Source: Myxococcaceae bacterium (GTDB lineage: Bacteria; Myxococcota; Myxococcia; Myxococcales; Myxococcaceae). From it: a DNA stretch of 43,856 nucleotides. The position numbers were made by a program, and so were the translations under genes. Positions 37,932-43,856 of this stretch are shown piece after piece. The stretch's first letter is position 1. Each line of letters begins with the position of its first letter. The stretch lies in the NCBI GenBank assembly GCA_017881345.1, contig JADGQZ010000190.1:1-43856 (forward strand), written 5' to 3'. Below the pieces are notes generated by a model. That model was not told the origin of the DNA. It made no database searches and worked only from the letters and a program-made list of their open reading frames with translations.

Positions 37932-39083
37932 ATGGGACCAGCGCTCGTGAACATCCGCCCCACCCGCGCCGAGATCGACCTCGGTGCGCTGACCCGCAAC
38001 CACGCCACGCTCCGCGCCGCCGCCCCGGAGGTGGACGTGCTGGCGGTGGTGAAGGCCGACGCCTACGGGCACGGGGCGGTGCCGGTCTCGCGCGCACTCG
38101 AGGCGGCGGGCGTCCGCTTCCTCGGCGTGGCGCTGGTGGAGGAGGGCCGCGCGCTCCGGGAGGCCGGCGTCCGGAGCGACATCCTGGTGCTCGGGGGTGC
38201 CTACGACGGGGCCTGGGAGGAGATGCTCGCGCAGCGGATGATCCCGGTCGTCTTCCGGCCGGAGCACCTCACCGCGCTCGAGGCGGCTGCCCGGGCGCTG
38301 GGCGCGCCCGCCCGGGCCCACCTCAAGATCGACACCGGCATGGGGCGGCTCGGAGTGCTGCCAGCCGAGGTCCCGGCGTTCCTCGACGCGGCCCGGGCTT
38401 GCAAGCGCGTGGAGCTCGACGGGCTCTGCTCGCACTTCGCCAACGCGGACCTGGCGGACGCGGCTCTCACCGCGCTGCAGATCTCCCGGTTCCGGGCTGC
38501 GCTGGGCCAGCTCCGTTCGGCGGGCTTCGCCCCCCGCTGGCGCCACCTCTCCAACAGCGCGGGCCTCCTCGCGCTGCCCGACGCCCGGGATGGCCTGGAG
38601 ATGAACCTCGCCCGCCCCGGGCTGGGGCTGTACGGGCTGGTGCCTGCCCCCTGGCTCCGGCCGCCCCGGCTGCTCGAGCCGGTGCTGAGCTGGAAGACGG
38701 GGGTGGTTCACGTGAAGTCGGTGCCGGTGGGGACGCCCATCTCGTACGGCAGCACCTGGACGGCGCCCCGGCCCTCGCGGATCACCACCCTCCCGGTGGG
38801 GTACGCGGATGACTGGTCGCGTCTGCTCTCCAACCGGGGGGCCGTCCTCGTCCGGGGGCGTCGCGCCCCGATCGTCGGCCGGGTGTGCATGGATCTCTGC
38901 ATGGTGGACGTGACCGACATCCCGGAGGCCGTGGTGGGGGACGAGGTGGTGCTGATCGGCCGGCAGGGCAACGAGGTCCAGGACGCGCACCACCTCGCCG
39001 CCCTGCAGGGGACCATCGCCTACGATGTCCTGTGCGCCATCGGCGCGCGGGTGCCCCGTGTGGTGACGGGCGGCGTGCCCTAG
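37932..39083 (+). CDS. alr: alanine racemase
   Basis: VVKADAYGHG is the PLP-lysine motif. A C-terminal PVGYADDW / RVCMD pattern is present, 383 aa. Confidence 0.92.
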   Translation: MGPALVNIRPTRAEIDLGALTRNHATLRAAAPEVDVLAVVKADAYGHGAVPVSRALEAAGVRFLGVALVEEGRALREAGVRSDILVLGGAYDGAWEEMLAQRMIPVVFRPEHLTALEAAARALGAPARAHLKIDTGMGRLGVLPAEVPAFLDAARACKRVELDGLCSHFANADLADAALTALQISRFRAALGQLRSAGFAPRWRHLSNSAGLLALPDARDGLEMNLARPGLGLYGLVPAPWLRPPRLLEPVLSWKTGVVHVKSVPVGTPISYGSTWTAPRPSRITTLPVGYADDWSRLLSNRGAVLVRGRRAPIVGRVCMDLCMVDVTDIPEAVVGDEVVLIGRQGNEVQDAHHLAALQGTIAYDVLCAIGARVPRVVTGGVP

Positions 39084-39101
39084 GATGTCCCGCGCGGCCC
39101 G

Positions 39102-39917
39102 ATGACCACCTCTGACCTCGAGTCCACGCCCCGGAAGAACCCGCTGGTCGGCCTGGTGGAGGGTGTGGGGAACGGCGTCCTGGGCTTCTTCCAGACGATC
39201 GGCGGGATCGCCTCGCTCGGCGCCTCGGTCGTCGTCTGGACCCTTCGCCCGCCCTTCCGGCTGCAGAACCTCTTTTCCCAGTTCGACTTCGTGGGGGTGG
39301 GGTCGATCGTCCTGGTCGCCCTGACCGGCACCTTCTCCGGGATGGTGTTCGCCACCCAGTCCTGGAGCGCCTTCGAGCTGTTCGGCGCCGAGAGCCTGGT
39401 GGGCCCCACGGTGGCACTGACCATCACCCGCGAGCTGGCCCCGGTGTTCAGCGCGCTGATGGTGACCATGAGGGCCTGCTCGGCCATGTGCACCGAGCTC
39501 GGCACGATGCGGGTCACCGAGCAGGTGGACGCGCTCGAGACCATGGCCGTCAACCCGGTCCAGTACCTCCTGGTGCCCAGAGTGGTGGCCGGGCTGTGCA
39601 TGGTGCCGCTGCTCACCATGATCTTCGACACCGCGGGCCTGAGCGGTGGCTTCTTCGTGGCCGTGCCGCTCAAGGGCCTGTCGGTGGGCACCTTCGTGCT
39701 CCGGACCCAGAACCTTCTGGCTCCCAAGGACATCTGGGAAGGCCTCGCCAAGGGCGCCCTCTTCGGCTTCACCGTGACCCTCATCGCGTGCTACCGGGGC
39801 TACAACGCCCACGGTGGCGCCAAGGGCGTCGGTCAGGCCACCACCCGTGCCATGGTGGACGCCGCGGTGGCCATCTTCATCCAGGACTACTTCATGGGGC
39901 TCCTGTTCCACGCATGA
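39102..39917 (+). CDS. mlaE: MlaE-family ABC transporter permease
   Basis: The 271-aa ORF has the conserved TRELAPV and MRVTEQVDAL blocks. Confidence 0.9.
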   Translation: MTTSDLESTPRKNPLVGLVEGVGNGVLGFFQTIGGIASLGASVVVWTLRPPFRLQNLFSQFDFVGVGSIVLVALTGTFSGMVFATQSWSAFELFGAESLVGPTVALTITRELAPVFSALMVTMRACSAMCTELGTMRVTEQVDALETMAVNPVQYLLVPRVVAGLCMVPLLTMIFDTAGLSGGFFVAVPLKGLSVGTFVLRTQNLLAPKDIWEGLAKGALFGFTVTLIACYRGYNAHGGAKGVGQATTRAMVDAAVAIFIQDYFMGLLFHA

Positions 39918-40675
39918 ACGGCGACGGGAAGAAGCCTCCGATGATCTCGGTCCAGGACCTCTGGAAGGCCTTCGGGGCCAACCAGGTGCTGACCGGCATC
40001 AACCTGGACGTCGAGGAGGGGAGCACCTGCGTCATCCTCGGGGGCTCGGGCTCGGGGAAGACGGTGCTGATGAAGCACATGATCGGGCTCCTCAAGCCGG
40101 ACCGGGGCAAGGTGGTGGTGGACGGCGAGGACATCGTCCCGTTCGACGAGCGGGACCTCGAGCGGGTGCGCCGGAAGTTCGGGATGGTCTTCCAGGGCGC
40201 CGCCCTGTTCGACTCGATGACCGTCTACGAGAACGTGAGCTTCGCGCTCCGCGAGCACTCGGACCTCTCCGAGGACCAGATCCGGGCCAAGGTGCGGGAG
40301 AAGCTGGGCATCGTCGGCCTGCGGAACGTCGAGGAGCGCTACCCGGCCGAGCTGTCGGGTGGGATGCGGAAGCGGGTGGGCCTGGCGCGGGCGATCGTCC
40401 TGGACCCGAAGATCGTCCTCTACGACGAGCCGACCACCGGGCTGGACCCCATCACCACCGACTACGTGGACGACATGATCCTCACCGCCAAGCGGGAGCT
40501 CCAGGTGACCCAGGTGGTCATCAGCCACGACATCGCCTCGTCCTTCAAGGTGGCGGACAAGGTGGCATTCCTCTTCAAGGGGCAGATCGTGGCCGAGGGG
40601 CCGCCCCAGGAGCTGAGGCACAGCGAGCACCCGGAGCTGAAGCACTTCCTCCAGATGTGGTTCGGCAAGTCGTGA
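39914..40675 (+). CDS. mlaF: MlaF-family ABC transporter ATP-binding protein
   Basis: The ATG overlaps the mlaE stop (ATGA at 39914-39917). Walker A is GGSGSGKT, the signature is LSGGMRKR and Walker B is IVLYDEPT, 253 aa. Confidence 0.92.
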   Translation: MNGDGKKPPMISVQDLWKAFGANQVLTGINLDVEEGSTCVILGGSGSGKTVLMKHMIGLLKPDRGKVVVDGEDIVPFDERDLERVRRKFGMVFQGAALFDSMTVYENVSFALREHSDLSEDQIRAKVREKLGIVGLRNVEERYPAELSGGMRKRVGLARAIVLDPKIVLYDEPTTGLDPITTDYVDDMILTAKRELQVTQVVISHDIASSFKVADKVAFLFKGQIVAEGPPQELRHSEHPELKHFLQMWFGKS

Positions 40676-40722
40676 GGTCCGGGTAAGGTGGGGCCTCTGG
40701 CCGGGCTCGGAGCAGACGCGAC

Positions 40723-42243
40723 TTGAAGACGTTCGTCACGCCCTTTCGGGTCGGGCTCCTGGTCCTCGCGGCGGTGGGCATGCTGCTCGCCTTCCTGCTC
40801 TTCGTCCGCCGCGGGACGATGGGGGCGGACAGCATCACCGTCTACGCGATGTTCCGCGACGCCTCGGGGCTGGGGAACCGGAGCCGGGTCCAGGTGGCGG
40901 GCATCCCGGTGGGCGAGATCCGGGAGATCACCCTGGTGGGCACCCGGGCCCGGGTGACGCTGCGCGTCCGCAAGGACATCGGCCTGCGCACCGACGCGAC
41001 GCTCATCAAGCGCACCGAGTCGTTCCTCGGCGACTACCTCCTGGACCTCACGGTGGGCTCCCCGGGCGCCCCCCCCATGCCGGACGGAGGCGAGATCACC
41101 CATGTCATCGACCAGCAGGGCCTCCAGGCCCTCTTCGACACGCTGGGGAAGGTCACCCTCGACATCCAGTCGGTCACCGCCTCGCTCCGGGACGCGCTGG
41201 GCGGGGACGCCGGCACCCAGTCGCTCCAGGCCATCGTCCGCAACCTGACCGAGCTGTCCCAGTCGGTGAACGACACCGCGCAGCGCTCCAGCCAGAACAT
41301 CGAGACCATCCTGGAGAACGTGCGAGACGTCACCGCCTCGATGCGCAGCGCCACCGAGGGCGAGTCCTCCAGCTTCCGGGAGATCGTCGAGAATCTCCGG
41401 ATCATCAGCGGCGACGTGCGGCGGATGGTCACGGACGTGCAGAGCAACGTGTACGCCGACGGCGGGCCCTCGGGCCAGCTGGCGAGCATCGGCAGCTCGC
41501 TGAGGAAGCTGGACGCGACGCTGGGGAACCTCGAGACGGTGACCGAGAACATCCGCGAGGGGCGGGGCGCGGTGGGGCAGGTGATCTCGGACGACAAGCT
41601 CGGCCGCCAGGTGGGCGAGACCATCGAGGACGTCTCCAACTACGCCCAGCGGCTCACCGGGCTGAAGCTGGACGTCAACATCCACAGCGATTACCTGATC
41701 AACGAGGGGGCGGCGCGGCTGGACGCGACGCTGAAGATCATCGCCCGCCCGGACAAGTACTACCTCCTCTCGCTGGTCAGCGACCCCCGGGGCGTCGAGA
41801 CCGTCACCTACGTCCAGACCAACCCACCCTCGCTGGGAAACCCGGCGATCCAGAAGGTGACCACCACCAACCTCAACTCGCTGAAGTTCTCGGCGCAGTT
41901 CGCCAAGCGGTTCTACTGGGCGGCGTTCCGCTTCGGGATCATCGAGAGCTCGGGCGGCGTGGGCTTCGACCTCTTCTTCTTCCGCGACCGCCTGCAGCTG
42001 CACACCGACATCTTCGACTTCGCCAACCCCCGCCTGCAATGGCCGCGGATCCGCACCACGCTGGCGTTCTCGTTCCTCCAGCACCTCTACGTGGACGTCG
42101 GGGTGGACGACTACCTGAACAACCCCGTCTACAGTCAGCTCGACAACCGGGTGCTCGCCGGGCGCGACTTCTTCGTCGGCGTGGGCATCTTCTTCACCGA
42201 CGACGACCTGAAGGCGATCGTCCCGGTCCTGCCCGCCCGGTGA
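40723..42243 (+). CDS. MCE/MlaD-domain protein with extended helical region and beta-rich C-terminal domain
   Basis: A TTG start is required to include the N-terminal TM helix (VGLLVLAAVGMLLAFLLFV). The MCE domain (VQVAGIPVGEI) is followed by about 200 aa of helical repeat-like sequence and about 170 aa of beta-rich sequence, 506 aa in total. Confidence 0.85.
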   Translation: MKTFVTPFRVGLLVLAAVGMLLAFLLFVRRGTMGADSITVYAMFRDASGLGNRSRVQVAGIPVGEIREITLVGTRARVTLRVRKDIGLRTDATLIKRTESFLGDYLLDLTVGSPGAPPMPDGGEITHVIDQQGLQALFDTLGKVTLDIQSVTASLRDALGGDAGTQSLQAIVRNLTELSQSVNDTAQRSSQNIETILENVRDVTASMRSATEGESSSFREIVENLRIISGDVRRMVTDVQSNVYADGGPSGQLASIGSSLRKLDATLGNLETVTENIREGRGAVGQVISDDKLGRQVGETIEDVSNYAQRLTGLKLDVNIHSDYLINEGAARLDATLKIIARPDKYYLLSLVSDPRGVETVTYVQTNPPSLGNPAIQKVTTTNLNSLKFSAQFAKRFYWAAFRFGIIESSGGVGFDLFFFRDRLQLHTDIFDFANPRLQWPRIRTTLAFSFLQHLYVDVGVDDYLNNPVYSQLDNRVLAGRDFFVGVGIFFTDDDLKAIVPVLPAR

Positions 42244-42322
42244 GGCCGGCCGCGGGCGCCGATCAGCCCCCCGCACCAGGGGGACGCCCGTGGAGCGGCG
42301 CAGGGGCGCCGCGTGTCCGGGC

Positions 42323-43285
42323 TCAGCCGAGCGCGGCCGCGACGTCGTCCGAGCTGCCGAAGGCCGCGCGGTAGCGGGCCAGGAACTCGGCCCGGGTGTA
42401 CCGGTGCTCCTGGCAGCCCCGCACCTCGATGGCGTACCCCGCGGCCACCGCCCCGATGCGCCCCGCCACCGGCCAGGGCAGCCCGCGCGCCATCCCGTAG
42501 ACCAGCCCACCGAGGTAGGCGTCCCCGGCGCCGGTCGGGTCCACCAGGGCGGCGATGGGGGCCACCGGCACGTCGACCGGCGCCTTCCCGCGCTCGAGCA
42601 CCGTCGAGCCCTGCTCGCCTCGGGTCACGATGGTGACCGGGGCGATGGCCTGGAGCACCGCCTCGCTCTTCCCGGTCTTCTGGGACATGAGGGCGAACTC
42701 GTAGTCGTTGCCGATGACCGCCGCGGCGGACTCCATGCCGTCGAGGATCTGTCGGGACTCGAGCCGTGGCGTCTGCTTCCCCGGGTCGAACAGGTAGGGC
42801 ACGCCCGCACTCCGGCACGCCTCCACCGCCTTGAGCATGGAGTCGGGGTCGGTGGGGCTGATGACCACCAGGTCGCCCGGCCCGAGGCCCAGGCCGCCCA
42901 GCTCCAGCCGGTGCCCGTGGGAGAGCGCTCCGGCGTAGAAGGCGACGATCTGACTCGCGTCCAGGTCGGTGTTGATGAAGCAGGAGGCGGTGAACTCACC
43001 CGGGATCACCGTCACCCCCGAGGTATCCACCCCGGAGGCCTGGAGCGCCTGGCGGTACTCGGCGAAGTCCTCGCCGGCGGTCGCCACCAGCAGCGGCCGG
43101 CCACCCAGGAGCGCGAGAGTCCAGGCGATGTTCCCCGCCACGCCCCCCCGGAGCCGGCGCATGTCGTCCACCAGGAAGCTCACCGTCAGCCGGTGCATCC
43201 GCTCGGAGAGGAAGTGTTCCCGGAACCTGCCCGGGAAGGTCATCAGGTAGTCGTAGGCCAGCGAGCCGGTGACGACGATGCGCAT
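42323..43285 (-). CDS. PfkB-family carbohydrate/nucleoside kinase
   Basis: The inner ATG gives MRIVVTGSLAYDY, 320 aa. GGVAGNIA and DPTGAGDAY are PfkB signatures. Confidence 0.88.
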   Translation of the reverse strand: MRIVVTGSLAYDYLMTFPGRFREHFLSERMHRLTVSFLVDDMRRLRGGVAGNIAWTLALLGGRPLLVATAGEDFAEYRQALQASGVDTSGVTVIPGEFTASCFINTDLDASQIVAFYAGALSHGHRLELGGLGLGPGDLVVISPTDPDSMLKAVEACRSAGVPYLFDPGKQTPRLESRQILDGMESAAAVIGNDYEFALMSQKTGKSEAVLQAIAPVTIVTRGEQGSTVLERGKAPVDVPVAPIAALVDPTGAGDAYLGGLVYGMARGLPWPVAGRIGAVAAGYAIEVRGCQEHRYTRAEFLARYRAAFGSSDDVAAALG

Positions 43286-43355
43286 GGGCCGCCCCAAAGC
43301 ATGAAGCCCCGGGGTGGGCAAGGTCGTGTAATCTGGGCGGCGTTCCCGGAGGCCG

Positions 43356-43856
43356 ATGCGCTTCGCCGTCATCTCGGACATCCACTCCAACCTCGAGGCC
43401 CTGACCGAAGTGCTGCGCGCGGTCGAGGCCCAGAAGGTCGACCGGGTGGTGTCGCTCGGAGACATCGTTGGCTATGGCGCCTCACCCAACGCCTGCTGCG
43501 ACCTGGTCCGCAGCGTGGCCGAGGTGACGCTCCTCGGGAACCACGACGCCGCCGTCGCCGGCCGGATGGACTACTCGTTCTATTACGAGGGCGCGCGCCA
43601 CGCGCTGGACTGGTCGGCCCAGGTGCTCACCGAGGAGAACCACGCCTGGCTTCGCAGCCTCCCGTACACCTACCGGGTGGGTGAGATCGGCTTCTGCCAT
43701 GGCTCACCGGTCGACCCGCGCGCGTACGAGTACGTGTTCGCGCTCGAGCAGGCGCGGGAGCTGGAGCCGGCGACCGAGGACATGGCCGAGGTGACGTTCA
43801 TCGGCCACAGCCACCTGTGCAAGGCGTTCGCGCTCGGCAACGGCGAGGTGAACGAC
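43356..43856 (+). CDS. metallophosphoesterase (YfcE/MJ0936-like), 3' end beyond the window
   Basis: GGAGG precedes ATG 43356. I translated the region by hand as MRFAVISDIHSN...GDIVGYG...GNHD...GHSH, which shows the calcineurin-like motifs. It is open to the window end, so it is absent from the ORF track. Confidence 0.85.
   Translation, partial: MRFAVISDIHSNLEALTEVLRAVEAQKVDRVVSLGDIVGYGASPNACCDLVRSVAEVTLLGNHDAAVAGRMDYSFYYEGARHALDWSAQVLTEENHAWLRSLPYTYRVGEIGFCHGSPVDPRAYEYVFALEQARELEPATEDMAEVTFIGHSHLCKAFALGNGEVND

Noticed and set aside
37284-39911. 875-aa minus-strand ORF
   Set aside because: It is antisense to alr and mlaE, both of which are strongly supported, and its composition is not protein-like.
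42251-42313. Bidirectional terminator between the convergent MCE and PfkB genes
   Set aside because: An outer stem of 9 bp with one bulge (CGCGGGCGCC / GGGGCGCCGCG) encloses a C6-N6-G5 hairpin. There is no U-tract on either strand, so I did not list it as a feature.
40462-42510. 682-aa minus-strand ORF
   Set aside because: It is antisense to the MCE gene and part of mlaF, and it is Arg/Gly/Asp/Val-rich shadow sequence.

Overview
This is a 43.9-kb chromosomal segment that looks above 70% GC by eye. Gene content and codon style fit a Myxococcota or Anaeromyxobacter-like organism, which is an inference only. I call 42 protein-coding features, two of which look disrupted. I found no rRNA, tRNA, CRISPR array, transposase, integrase or phage gene. 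Because of the GC content the ORF track is full of long Arg/Gly/Pro-rich shadow ORFs. I chose real genes by protein-like composition, recognisable motifs, signal peptides, and 13 ATGA/GTGA stop-start overlaps that fix start codons. Gene blocks, left to right: (1) a minus-strand four-gene SPFH/band-7 operon; (2) pfkA, divergent from an amino-acid permease plus a GGCT-like gene; (3) a 485-bp non-coding gap with an AT-enriched motif array, then a lipoprotein gene; (4) a compact minus-strand operon glgE-treS-mak-glgB (GlgE alpha-glucan pathway) continuing into a KefB/KefC-type antiporter gene and a GNAT gene; (5) a small protein plus a HEXXH lipoprotein; (6) hypothetical, PHP, lipoprotein, FmdB and HTH-like genes; (7) a HEAT membrane protein-Fur-TlpA operon; (8) a 507-bp non-coding gap, then ftsB, a GAF-GGDEF cyclase and an RsmJ-like methyltransferase; (9) a decayed alpha/beta hydrolase; (10) a cN-II-type 5'-nucleotidase; (11) an M16 peptidase pair and an RluA-family synthase; (12) a lipoprotein, beta-barrel and zinc-ribbon cluster; (13) alr, mlaE, mlaF and a 506-aa MCE protein; (14) a PfkB kinase and a partial metallophosphoesterase. 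The observations most worth follow-up are the single in-frame TAA that splits the Kef antiporter gene, a 174-nt element closed by a 22-bp long-range helix upstream of ftsB, and the nested ATGCAYCC/AATCGAR motif array at 6730-6805. The Fur-TlpA-HEAT operon and the atypical Mla-like system are also of interest. I did not see a clear self-contained novel system such as a defence island or biosynthetic cluster. All functional calls rest on motif recognition by eye and need database confirmation.
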